Shown: in pieces, positions 35,301 to 46,702 of the stretch | Numbering within the stretch: the stretch's first letter is position 1 | Layout: the number at the start of each line of letters is the position of its first letter | Assembly: GCA_002269645.1 (NCBI GenBank) | Contig: NIVC01000173.1 | Coordinates: 1 to 64,000 of the forward strand | Reading direction: 5' to 3' | Source: Macrostomum lignano | Lineage: Eukaryota | DNA length: 64,000 bases | Made by a program: the position numbers and the translations under genes | The notes under the pieces: model-generated | Told to the model about the DNA's origin: nothing | Databases searched by the model: none | Seen by the model: only the letters and a program-made list of their open reading frames with translations

Positions 35301-38300
35301 ATCAATCGGTTTCCTGATCCTACTTCCTTACACAGTTGCCGAGGCATCCAACTGCAGCTTCAATTTAGACGATCAGCAGCAAGCATCGGCTAGCGAGCAT
35401 CAGCTGTCCCAGCCTCATCAACAGCAGCAGCATCATCGCCATAATCGCCATCAGCATCATCACCTGCTAGACACCGACGCCGACGAATGGGCCACGCCGC
35501 CGTCGCCTCCGCCAACGACAACGGCGCCCAAGCCACCGCAGCCACCTGGCGTATCGGTGACTTCCACCTTGACAGACGTGACCACCTGTCCTGGCAGCAG
35601 TTTAATGACTGGCGAAGTCGCTGAAGGTACCGCCAACGCCGCCTCTGCCTCCACCGCTGCTGACGCTGAAACCGAAGCAGAAGCGGCCACTAATTCGCCT
35701 CCAAGCCTTCGTCTAGACGATCTGATGCACCTAGCGAAGAAGCCGCCCGGCCCGTCCGCGTCGTTGTCCATTTCAACATCGCGTTCGTCGGCTGAGTCCT
35801 CGACTAGGGCTGTTGCTGTTGAAGCCCAGACCGACTGCCATTACGATGAACAAGCGATGGCTGCTAGGTAGGTTTTAATAAGGCAACTGTGCCAACAGCA
35901 CAGATGCATGTAACTTTGTGGCACAATTGGCAGAGTCTAGTGTGCTAAATCGAGTGTCCTTTCCCATTTGCCCCAGATGCCGCACCCTGGAAGCCATTTG
36001 GTGCAAACGACCTTCAAGTGTCTTTTCCCTTTTGCCCCAGATGCCGCACCCTGGAAGCCATTTGGTGCAAACGACCTTCAGGTGTCCTTTCCCATTTGCC
36101 CCAGATGCCGCACCCTGGAAGCCATTTGGTGCAAACGACCTTCAAGTGTCTTTTCCCTTTTGCCCCAGATGCCGCACCCTGGAAGACATTTGGCGCAAAC
36201 GACCTTCAGGTGTCCTTTCCCATTTGCCCCAGATGCCGCACCCTGGAAGACATTTGGCGCAAACGACCTTCAGGTGTCCTTTCCCATTTGCCCCAGATGC
36301 CGCACCCTGGAAGACATTTGGCGCAAACGACCTTCAGGTGTCCTTTCCCATTTGCCCCAGATGCCGCACCCTGGAAGCCATTTGGCGCAAACGACCTTCA
36401 AGTGTCCTTTCCCTTTTGCCCCAGATGCCGCACCCTGGAAGCCATTTGGCGCAAACGACCTTCAAGTGTCTTTTCCCTTTTGCCCCAGATGCCGCACCCT
36501 GGAAGCCATTTGGTGCAAACGACCTTCAGGTGTCCTTTCCCATTTGCCCCAGATGCCGCACCCTGGAAGACATTTGGCGCAAACGACCTTCAAGTGTCCT
36601 TTCCCTTTTGCCCCAGATGCCGCACCCTGGAAGCCGAACTGGCCGCCGCTATAAGCCGAGCCGATCACCTCCAATCGGAGCTGTCAGCCGCTCTAGCCGA
36701 CACCGAGCAGGCCCAGGATGAAGCCAAGAATCTGGCCGCCAATTGTGATCAGCTGCGCGATCAGATGGCCGAATTAGCCGAGGAGGGCGCCGAGCTCAAG
36801 GCCAAGTTGGCCTTGGCTAATCAAACTGCCGATTCAAAATCCGACGACTCGGTTTATAAAGAATTCGAAGCCGCTCTAGTTGAGAAATCTGCTCAGTTAG
36901 CCGGACTAGAGGCTGAGCTGGAGTTCACCAAGGCTGCTCAGTTGGATTCTGAGAAAAAGGAGGCCGAATTGAATGCTCTGCTGGAGTCGGTTAGGGCTGA
37001 GTTGGAACCAGCTGCAGCACAGTTAAGTGAGAAAGCTGCTGAGTTGGATGCCGCAAAGGCTGAATTAGAATCTTCAATTTCCAAACTCGAACTTGTCGAA
37101 GCTAATCTAGCTGAGAAGTCTACTCGGCTTGAGTCCGCCGAGTCTGAGCTCGAATTGGCTAAATCCAATATCGAACAGTTGGAAACCGATCTAGTTGAGA
37201 CTGCGAATCAACTCGAAACCGCCGAGTCTGAGCTGGAATCCGCTAAGTCCAATATCGAACAGCTCGAAGTTAACCTTAACGAAAAAGCTACTCAACTTGA
37301 GTCCGCTGGAACCGAATTGAAATTGGCTAAATCAAATCTTGAACAGATGGAAGCTGAAATAGTTGACAAAACTTCTCAACTTGAGCAAGCTGAATCCGAA
37401 TTAGAATCAGCTAAATCCGGTATGGAACAGTTGAAATCCGAACTCGTTGACAAGACCGCTGAACTCGAGTCCGCCGAGTTGCAGTTGAATTCCGCTAAAT
37501 CCAGCATTGAACAGTTCGAAACTAGCCTAATTGAGAAGACTGCTCAACTAGAGACAGCAGAATCCGAGCTAGAATTGCTCAAGGCCACCGTCGATAAATT
37601 AGAAGCCGAGTTAGTTGATAAACAGACTCAGCTTGAGTCCGCCGAGTCCGAGTTGCAGTTGGCCAATTCGAATGTCGAACAGTTGGAAGCCAACCTAGTT
37701 GAGAAGGCTGCTCAGTTTGAGTCTTCCAGATCTGAGCTGCAGTCGGCTAAGTCAAATATCAAACAATTAGAAGCTGAACTGGCTGCTAAGACTGCTCAAC
37801 TTGAGACTGCCGAATCTGAGTTAGAGTCCGCCAAAGCTAATTATGAACAGTTGGACTCGAACCTGATTGAGAAGACTGCTCAACTTGAGTCGGTCGAGTC
37901 CGAGTTGAAGTTGGCTAAATCCAATATTAAACAGCTTGAAGCAAATCTGCTAAAGAAGACTGTTCAGCTGAAATCCACCGAGGCTGAGCTGGGCGAATTG
38001 CGCGAACAGTACGGCGTTGCACAGGTACTGCCAGATAGATGTTGCACTGCAGTAGCGAGATGTAGCCTCTTCTATAAATAGTGCATAGATATTGTCTTAT
38101 AAGCAGATAGATATTGTCCTTTACTAGATAGATATTGTCCTACAGTAGATATTGTCCTACAGTAGATAGGTATTGTCCTACAGTAGATAGATATTGTCCT
38201 ACAGTAGATATTGTCCTACAGTAGATATTGTCCTACAGTAGATAGATATTGTCCTACAGTAGATATTGTCCTACAGTAGATATTGTCCTACAGTAGATAG

Positions 38301-41300
38301 ATATTGTCCTACAGTAGATATTGTCCTACAGTAGATATTGTCCTACAGTAGATAGATATTGTCCTACAGTAGATATTGTCCTACAGTAGATAGATATTGT
38401 CCTACAGTAGATAGATATTGTCCTACAGTAGATAGATATTGTCCTACAGTAGATAGATATTGCCCTACAGTAGATAGATATTGTCCTACAGTAGATAGAT
38501 ATTGTCCTACAGTAGATATTGTCCTACAGTAGATAGATATTGTCCTACAGTAGATAGATATTGTCCTACAGTAGATAGATATTGCCCTACAGTAGATAGA
38601 TATTGTCCTACAGTAGATATTGTCCTACAGTAGATAGATATTGTCCTACAGTAGATATTGTCCTTCAGTAGATAGATATTGTCCTACAGTAGATAGATAT
38701 TGTCCTACAGTAGATAGATATTGTCCTACAGTAGATAGATATTGCCCTACAGTAGATAGATATTGTCCTACAGTAGATAGATATTGTCCTACAGTAGATA
38801 GATATTGCCCTACAGTAGATAGATATTGTCCTACAGTAGATATTGTCCTACAGTAGATATTGTCCTACAGTAGATAGATATTGTCCTACAGTAGATAGAT
38901 ATTGTCCTACAGTAGATATTGTCCTACAGTAGATATTGTCCTACAGTAGATAGATATTGTCCTACAGTAGATATTGTCCTACAGTAGATATTGTCCTACA
39001 GTAGATAGATATTGTCCTACAGTAGATATTGTCCTACAGTAGATATTGTCCTACAGTAGATATTGTCCTACAGTAGATAGATATTGTCCTACAGTAGATA
39101 TTGTCCTACAGTAGATATTGTCCTACAGTAGATATTGTCCTACAGTAGATAGATATTGTCCTACAGTAGATAGGTATTGTCCTACAGTAGATAGGTATTG
39201 TCCTACAGTAGATATTGTCCTACAGTAGATATTGTCCTACAGTAGATAGATATTGTCCTACAGTAGATATTGTCCTACAGTAGATATTGTCCTACAGTAG
39301 ATAGATATTGTCCTACAGTAGATAGATATTGTCCTACAGTAGATATTGTCCTACAGTAGATATTGTCCTACAGTAGATAGATATTGTCCTACAGTAGATA
39401 GGTATTGTCCTACAGTAGATAGGTATTGTCCTACAGTAGATATTGTCCTACAGTAGATATTGTCCTACAGTAGATATTGTCCTACAGTAGATATTGTCCT
39501 ACAGTAGATATTGTCCTACAGTAGATAGATATTGTCCTACAGTAGATAGGTATTGTCCTACAGTAGATAGGTATTGTCCTACAGTAGATAGGTATTGTCC
39601 TACAGTAGATAAATATTTTCTATGGTAGATAGATATTGTTCTACGACATATACACATGTCTAACGAGCAGATAGATACTATTCTGCAGTAGAAAGGCATA
39701 CACAGTAGCCAGTACAGCACGTAGACACGTACTCTGCTAAGCATTCAGCCAGCGTGTAACGCCCTTACCCTCCGCTCGCACCCGCAGCAGGACCAGGAGC
39801 ATCAGAAGCGTCAAAGTCACGCCGCCGAGATGGCCGAAGTGCTGACCAGCTATCGCGAGCTCACTAGCAAGTGCGAGCGGGCCGTCAGCCTCAGCGTGGA
39901 GCTGCAGAACCGGGCAGAGGAGCTGCGGGCCAAGCTGAACTCGCGGACTAAGTGAGTTAATATGCGTTTCTTGGAATTGGTTGCTCTGGGTCCTTTCACA
40001 TCTTTAGTTGCTGGGCCACAGCCTCCCAGATCCTCAGTTGCTGGGCCATTCTCCCAGATCCTCAGTTGCTGGGCCATTCTCCCAGATCCTCAGTGGCTGA
40101 GCCATTCTCCCAGATCCTCAGTGGCTGAGCCATTCTCCCAGATCCTCAGTTGCTGAGCCATTCTCCCAGCTCCTTAGTTGCTGAGCCATTCTCCCAGCTC
40201 CTCAGTTGCTGGGCCAGCCTCCCAGCTCCTCAGTTGCTGAGCCATTCTCCCAGCTCCTCAGTTGCTGAGTCATTCTCCCAGATCCTCAGTTGCTGAGCCA
40301 TTCTCCCAGATCCTCAGTCGCTGGGCCAGCCTCCCAAATCCTCAGTCGCTGGGCCAGCCTCCCAAATCCTCAGTTGCTGGACCACAGCCACCGTTCCAGA
40401 TCTTCAGATTTTAGAATGCTGATTTGAATTTGTAATTAAATAGTACACACTAATAAACTCTTTTACTCCTAAATCTAAAATAACCCACCGACAGGCGACT
40501 TGAATCCGTTCAGAAGTCCAACAGTCAGTTGAAGGCTATGTTAAAGAAAAGTGACGACACCTGCAATCAGCTGAGTCTGGAGCTCAAAGCGTAAGTGTAT
40601 AACATTTGTTATTAAAGATTTAAGTTATTTTTCTTAGAAGCAGCGTTTCTTAGAATCAAGTCTCGTAATGCGTCATCCCTATTTTGTTTCGCAGCACCAA
40701 GCTTGAAATCGAGGACAAGACGGCCCTGACGGAGAAGCTTCTGCGCTACATCTCTCGTCTAGGCGCGCCGCATCCCGCCGGCACCGGCGCTGCCGCCAAC
40801 GCCGCCGCAGGCGCCGATTTCGATCCCGACGAGCTCGAAGGTTCACTGTCGACCAACGCGTCGTCTTCATCGACTTCAACTGCCACGGGCGCCAGCAGTT
40901 CTGGCACTCCCCTAGAAGCGGCCAGAGCTTGCAGTCCGAGTCCTGCCGTCTGCGGCGATTCCGCCTCCGCCGCTGCCGCCGCCGCCGCTGCCGCTGCTTG
41001 GCCCGAGGTGATCCAAGCCGAGATCACGCTGCACGATGCTCTGGCCCGCGTGTCCAACTGCGGCGCAATTGGCGGCCTGAGCGCCTCGGCCAATGCCAAC
41101 ACCGGATGCAGCGACGGTGGACCATTAGCTTTGGCGCGCGAATTGCGACGCGCACTACGCGATCTGCGCCATCTACGCTCGCGCCTATCGCAATCCTTGG
41201 CCGAATCGCGTCGCTTAGCTGGCCAGCTGGCCAACGCTGACGGTCGAGCGGACGAATTGGCCAGTCTGCGTCGGACGGCCGACGAGCTGCGCAAAGAGAA

Positions 41301-42371
41301 TAACGAGCTCAAAGCTGTTGCTAAGGACAACAACAATTCTAGTGAGCAGTTTGTCTTATGTTGCTTGTTGTGGGTAGAATTTGTCGATTGTCGTAGCGGT
41401 AAACCGCCTCATTATTCTTGTTTAACAATCATTCCTCAAAGAGTAGAAAATGGCGATACAAACTTTGATAATCACCCCATGAAATTGCCTTCAATCCTCC
41501 AGAAATCGCCTTACGAATCTTAAAAATCGCCCTGGGAAATCGCTTCACCAACTTTAAGAATCGCCCTGGGAAATCTCTCTACCCAACATAAAAGTCGCCT
41601 TGGGAAATCGCTCTACCAACATAAGAATCGCCCTGGGAAATCGCTCTACCCAACATAAGAATCGCTCTGGGAAATCGCCCTGCAAAATCTCTTCTGAGAA
41701 GTGAATGGTCACTAAATACCTATAAAATAAATGCCTTCGCTAACTCATGACCTTCAATGTCCTTTAATGTCGCAACTCGACTTCCTCTTTCACTTGCAGA
41801 CGTCGCTGCTGCCGCCGCCGCCGCTGAGCAGCCACCGGCCCGTCTCTCCGCTGGGCCTCAACGCGCCGTCTGCCGTCTCGACCGCCTCGAACTGCTGCGC
41901 CTCGAAGTTGCCGAATGTCGCCGCGCCGTCGATCAGGCCGTCGTCTTGACAACAAGCACCGACGCCAATAACGAGGTCAACAATAGTCGTCAGCTGCGTC
42001 GCGAGTTGTCCTCGGCCGCCAGGTGCGCCGCCGCCGCCGTCGCCATTCTGGCTACCGACTTTGTCGACTACGACGACAACGAAAACAACAAAATTGGCGA
42101 CGCTGACGTCGACGGCGACGAGTCTGTCGAAATTGGACGCCGACTCGAAGCTGCCAAAGCCGAGTCCGATTGTCTTCGACAGCGCGCCGTCGACGCTCAG
42201 AGTCGCCTGCCGCAGTCGGCGCCGCCGCGGCCGCCGTCAGACGAGGACGCCGGCTGGCTGTCGTCGCTTGGCGAATTCTCCGATCGGTTGAGCACGACAG
42301 AGACTCTGCTGGCCACTGCTAAACAGCGACTTTTGCAGGCCGAACGGCAGCAGCACAATGCATCGCTTTGA
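23389..42371 (+). CDS. cnn/CDK5RAP2: Centrosomin / CDK5RAP2 / myomegalin (PDE4DIP)-family coiled-coil PCM scaffold, ~1800 aa, CM1 and CM2 motifs
   Basis: Exons: (23361)23389-23446, 23534-23598, 23693-23800, 29246-29797, 31172-31243, 31327-31965, 34459-34948, 35336-35867, 36617-38024, 39788-39951, 40495-40590, 40695-41341, 41800-42371. All are GT-AG with consistent phases and total 5403 nt. CM1-like sequence spans the 23800/29246 junction: MTKLVQENFDLRLHCYHLKEKLDK...RVESLTRELEVKRRLLTEGSEALSQL. CM2-like C-terminus: EFSDRLSTTETLLATAKQRL. Confidence 0.85.
24225..24790. repeat. 57-bp subterminal tandem array (~10 copies) of the CACTA-like element
   Basis: Unit AAACTGCCGAAGAACCCGCCAGCCGTTAGGCTGTTTCCTGGGTGGAATTCGTTTCAG. 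Inverted sub-motifs (GGCGGGTT, GGCAGTTT) occur at 28990-29160. Confidence 0.9.
25260..25650. repeat. CT-rich low-complexity tract
   Basis: Degenerate (CT)n/(CTC)n. Produces Ser/Leu-rich spurious ORFs. Confidence 0.85.
25948..26436 (+). mobile_element. Internally deleted mariner (Tc1/mariner) remnant
   Basis: Plus-strand fragments with a stop and frameshifts: VYKW*DQFKSSCTSTLDEPKSGR...SSVHQILTENLG (mariner N-terminal HTH region) and FVNGVHKFPGRWERAIAFIGSYFD (mariner C-terminus). The right TIR ends ...CTTTTGGGATGGCCCTCGTA. The left TIR is degenerate (TTCGACTGGGTCCCAAAAGTTCGTGCAA). The catalytic core is missing. Confidence 0.8.
26447..26663. mobile_element. 217-bp Mutator(MULE)-type MITE, 31-bp TIR, 9-bp TSD TGGGTTCAC
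   Basis: TIR GGGTCTCCCTAAAACA(C/A)GTACCGCACCGCCC at 26447-26477 and inverted at 26633-26663. TSD at 26438-26446 and 26664-26672. Confidence 0.88.
26676..28444 (-). pseudogene. Element-borne spliced gene: basic N-terminus, coiled coil, C-terminal BEN-like domain; two apparent 1-nt frameshifts
   Basis: TTTCAG|ATG at 28444. Exons 28444-28334 (GTAAGA donor), 28210-27719 (GTAAGT donor, phase 1) and 27624-26676. Coiled coil: LRSANLALENRLVATNEQIKDLEKEREQLLLRI. BEN-like region: RHIRCLLRFHF/LPEADFLATNFSGRKVRQRVLDAPCPVKIEAVKEFLARS...CRATARER. Frames shift near 27995 and 27110. The BEN call is by eye. Confidence 0.6.
29985..31030. repeat. 33-35-bp minisatellite (TGGGATCTGATGCTCAAATGGGATTTCTCCTATC)n
   Basis: Direct tandem repeat in a centrosomin intron. 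Confidence 0.95.
32090..32850. repeat. 52-bp minisatellite (GTAGGTTACTGACAAGTATCTAAATGACAAGTAGGTTACTGACAGGTTACAG)n
   Basis: About 13-14 tandem copies. Confidence 0.95.
33350..34400. repeat. 21-22-bp minisatellite with GTTGCAAC palindrome (CTAGTTGACTCCAGTTGCAACC)n
   Basis: Direct tandem repeat. Confidence 0.95.
35950..36640 (+). repeat. 64-bp tandem array built from a 3' splice site plus exon start (11 copies)
   Basis: TTTGCCCCAG|ATGCCGCACCCTGGAAG recurs with exon-side starts at 35977, 36041, ... 36617 (period 64). The last copy is the acceptor used in the gene model. Confidence 0.92.
37062..37985 (+). repeat. Coding 84-bp (28-aa, four-heptad) repeat, ~11 copies, inside the large centrosomin exon
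   Basis: Consensus ELESAKSNIEQLEAxLVEKTAQLESAES repeated in frame. Confidence 0.9.
38100..39610. repeat. 17/21-bp minisatellite (GATATTGTCCTACAGTA[GATA])n
   Basis: Direct tandem repeat. Confidence 0.95.
39990..40390. repeat. 28-bp minisatellite (CCCAGATCCTCAGTTGCTGAGCCATTCT)n
   Basis: Direct tandem repeat. Confidence 0.9.
41500..41690. repeat. ~34-bp minisatellite (AAGAATCGCCCTGGGAAATCGCTCTACCCAACAT)n
   Basis: About 5 degenerate copies. Confidence 0.8.
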
Positions 42372-42489
42372 ATTGGCAAAACTCGTTATTTATGACTATT
42401 AATATATACTTGCTAATAGTTTGTAACTTGCAACAGCTTACTGCGTACTTTACTGATCATATATATACTCATATATATTGACTCCCTAG

Positions 42490-42770
42490 TCCAAACAAAG
42501 ACCCAACTTGACTCCCAAGTCCCAAAGACTCAACTCGACTCCCGAGTCCCAACAAAGACCCAACTCGACTTCCAAGTCTCAACAAAGACCAACTCGATTC
42601 CCAAGTCCCAACAAAGACCCAACTCAACTCCCAAGTCTCAACAAAGACCCAACTCGACTCCCAAGTCCCAACAAAGACCCAACTCGACTCCCAAGTCCCA
42701 ACAAAGACCCAACTCGACTCCCAAGTCCCAACAAAGACCCAACTCGACTCCCAAGCCTCAACAAAGACTT
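42490..42770. repeat. 30-bp minisatellite (CCAAGTCCCAACAAAGACCCAACTCGACTC)n, 3' of the centrosomin stop
   Basis: About 9 copies. Confidence 0.9.
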
Positions 42771-43650
42771 AATTGACCCCTACCAAAGAGCCTAAATGAT
42801 CCCTAATTAAGACCTAATTAATTATTGTTGTAATTTAATTGCTCAATTGCAAGCCTACAAGGCCAATGCCAAATTCACCAGTAAATAAATCGCTAATTTT
42901 AACCTTCTACTGCTCTATTTCAGCTGCTAAACTTGCACAAGCATTTTTATTTATACCATAATTAATATTATACTTATTTTTGTGTCGTGATTGTTGGTAA
43001 CCCATTGCACTTTTGTCAATTTTATACGAATTATACAACCGTCAAAATGGCTCTTTTATACGACTTTATTAAACTGCTTACTTTCGTAGTTACCAGAAAA
43101 TGCATCTTACGCTCAACTATTGCAATTTATTTTTGTTTAACACCTGCTTTTCTATATCCAATTTTCGGCGTACTTTTTGTTTCTACCTACAATATATGTG
43201 CCGCAATTATTAAAACAATAAAATAATTCCTTTCGGGCGGAAATAAAGTCTTTAAGCTTCGTCGGGTTCTAACCTTAAATTGTGTGTGGTTTTTCTAGTC
43301 TTAATTCTTTAATTTTGTTTTAATTAGAGTTTTTTTATAAATAACACTTTAAACTTAGCAATTAGAATATCAAACAAAGTGCAACGTTCATAAGAATGTG
43401 TCAGCCGGAGTAAAAAGTCCCAGAATTCTTGAGGTTCTTTCGCTTACGTGAAGTAGTAAAATCTAAAGTACTTTTGAGTTTTTACTCAATGTAAAGTTCA
43501 TAATTTCGTATTTATGAGTGTAGTAAGTATAGTGTAGTGGTAGAGGTTTAGCTTAGGCAACTGCCTAATTTGGCCAATTTAATTAATCGTAGTATCAGAA
43601 TCCATCAAGGAGTAGACTACAGTGTATGCGAGAGCTAGTGAAATCTGTTC

Positions 43651-43849
43651 CAGGGGCGTCGCCACCGGGGGGGCATGTGCCCCCCCCCGTTATAAAAATC
43701 AATAATTTTGCTTCAGGGCGACAAAATATAGAGCCTGCGGCAGCAAAATGGAAATGAGTACCTGCAGCGCAAAAAGGGTGCCTGCGGCCATAAGGCGTCG
43801 GAAGAGGGGGGCGTGACCCTGCCCCCCCCCACTTTTTGAGCGACCCTTG
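43651..43849. mobile_element. Possible decayed hAT-type MITE (CAGGGGCGTCGC...GCGACCCTTG)
   Basis: GC-rich island with imperfect inverted ends. No convincing TSD. Confidence 0.35.
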
Positions 43850-45356
43850 ACATATTTTCATCGCGGGTCTACTCGTAGATATATATATTTACATCTGTGA
43901 CTTATCAACAAAAGCACTGATCAGTGATACGCTTCAATTAGTAAATTTCGTGATTTAAGGCAGAGTTGACAATGGGCCCAATCACAGGATCCCCGGGATT
44001 GCGATCACAAAATGTCAAAATGTTTTTCGTCTGCTTTGGCGATAAAGATTGGCGGCGCCTGTGCTTGTGTTTACTGACTGCTGTTGTCTTTAGTCTTGGT
44101 AGTAGAAGTTCAAACGAGTTTTTTGTTTGATTACTTTTGATTTAACAATTGCACAGCCAAGAGTTAGTTCAGCAGAAGAGTTGTAAACAACGACATAAAA
44201 TTCACTCCGGGTTGGATTAACGCCTTTTAAATCGAAGCCTTGTTCACCCCTTTTGCATTTGACCTCGCTGGTTCAATCAACACTTTCCGATTCCGTCCAG
44301 AGTCCAGACCAGACGGCGCCAGTGAAATAGGTCTGTTGCTTTCATTCTCGCTCGCCTGCTAAGTTGAAACCTGAATCCCGTATTATATTATTAGTAGTAG
44401 TATAATGTCGATCACGTGAAAAGCGACTATTATTTATTTAATGTAAAGAAAACCCGGAAACTTCTCTAAGCAGTGTACTAGAAATTCAGAAATTCCTGAA
44501 CCCCTTTGGTCCCTGGATGAATGAACTTGACTGTTTTAAAGTTGTTTATCGACGTAAAAAAGTGTTTAAGCAGCACTAAACTTTTATTTGTACGCTCGCG
44601 CGCCCCAGGTCTTTATAGGAATTGACGTTTATCGTCTAAAAGGACCAAAAGGTAGACTCAAAATCCTGCCGACACTCTAAAAAGGCCAACGGAGTTGGTC
44701 CATTGGGGGTGGGCTGGGTTGGAAAACGCCAGTCAAGGATTGGCCTAATTGAACGGAGGGGTGGTGGGAGAGGCCTGCGCAAGGGGGTTGGCTGGTTTGT
44801 GCCGCCGCCCCTTCCCGCCCAAAACTAAAATAGGGAGGGGGTTGTAAAGGCTCACGGCGGCGGGTGTAAAAGTAAAAAGAGATACAGCGGGACAGAGAGC
44901 TCGGCCTGCGGACTTGCAGTTGGACCAAGCCTTGCAAATTTATTTTCATTCATTGATTTAGCTAAATTTCAAGTCTACGCGACCACTTATATCGGCCTAT
45001 ATAAACAAAAAAAATTTCACTTTGGGGGTTGCAGCGGTCTATTTTTAACGAACTTTTTCACCACTTCCGCTGGTTCCAATCTATACAGTGTAACAGTGGA
45101 CTATGACAGCTCGGCGTGTAGTTTCGGCCGCGTTATTATTTCTGCAGGTGAGACTTGCGGTTTACTCAACTTTACTGGTAGTAGTTCAATTCACGAAAGC
45201 AATGGCGGCCATTGTGCCTGTGGGTTGTGATTGTGACTGTTAGAGGTGACTGTTAGAGGACTGTTAGAGGTTAGAAAACTTGGGAAGTGAAAATTGAGGG
45301 CTGTAGATTGACTGGATGATCAACTGAAGTACGACAGAGTCAAAGCAGAGGCAGAG

Positions 45357-45414
45357 TAGGGATTGCAATCCCGGGATTCCGGGATCGCAAAAAACCGGGA
45401 TTTTGCTATCCCCA
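45357..45414. mobile_element. 58-bp hAT-like mini-element with perfect 8-bp TSD AGGCAGAG
   Basis: TAGGGATTGCAA...TTGCTATCCCCA flanked by AGGCAGAG at 45349-45356 and 45415-45422. Confidence 0.8.
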
Positions 45415-46702
45415 AGGCAGAGTCGACATTTGTCTTCGTGTTAGTCTGTCTGAGACAAACTGAGACAGCTCCCTGGGAAGCAAAAGCTTGAATAAACAGC
45501 CTTTTGTTCAAAATCCCCTAGGTCAGATGCTGCCAGATTAGCACTTATCCACAGGTCACAGAAATCCCAGCAGTCAACCATAAAAAGTGGTTCGTTTATC
45601 CCAGAGTTTGTATTAATCCCCAATGGCAATAATAAAGAATTAATCCCTAATTATCCCCAATTTGACATTTTGCTATTCTATTCCCATTTATTCCCATCTC
45701 CCTATTCCCATCTATTCCCATAATATAGATTCTACTAGACATATAGCTCGTATGTTCGGGTTATACATACAACGAAAACAACAAAACAGTTAGCGTATAA
45801 GCACACACCTGAAAGGTAGAAAATAGCGTTTATTTTATCAATAGATCTTAATTAACTAATTACTCCATTTAACTCCATCCATGTGGACTAATTAGACAAT
45901 TTGAAAGAGGTCAAAATTCCCCGGCGGAAGTCCGGTAGAAAGTCCGGGGAATCGGCATCCTCTAAATTGATCTGATTAGATAAAAAATGAAAGTCGGTGC
46001 TTAAAATTTTATATTGTTTAGCTAATAATTAAATGATTTTTCCTCCGCTGTCCGTGCGGCCTTATTTTAAATTCTATTTTATGATGCCTAACTCTGGGTT
46101 CGGAGCGGAGGCCTCAGTATACTTATCTGTGCCTTAGGAAGTTTTCCCGCATGTTGTTCAGGTGGGTAATATTAATTGATAATCGAATTGGAGTTGGGCC
46201 CTCTGCCTTTTCCTCGCATTATTGTATTTAAGAGAGGGTTTGTGTGGACGCCGCTGATCACATTATTTTAGCATTTAATTTGACTTATTTTTTAAATTAA
46301 ATGAATGGGGCCTGCGCCTGGGTGAGGGGGCTCTCAGTGTGCAAAGGGCATCTCGCTTTGATCGGAGAGGAGGGACGAGATTAGAGGGGGGTGCGCGGAC
46401 CATGGGGGCCCCCAATTCTACCCCCGCCCCAACCCTATCCCGCTCATGGTGTACATTTATTTTGCCTTGGCTCACTTTGCGTACAAACATAGTAGACCTT
46501 GGCCTATTTATATCGCCCGAAAAAGTAATAGGTTCTTTGATAGGAGAATTCCTCAACTGGTTATAGATTAGGACGTGCATTCATTCAAGCTTATATAAAC
46601 TGCGCCTCAATAAGAAACAAAAGAGCTACACACAACACACGAGAGTCGAAACCCATCTGTAGAATTTATTTTTAATACTTGCGATCGTATTACTAACTTT
46701 AA

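Noticed and set aside
36018-38081. 687-aa ORF as a stand-alone gene
   Set aside because: The first 200 codons are the 64-bp intronic array and the end reads through a GT donor at 38025. It is one internal exon of the centrosomin gene.
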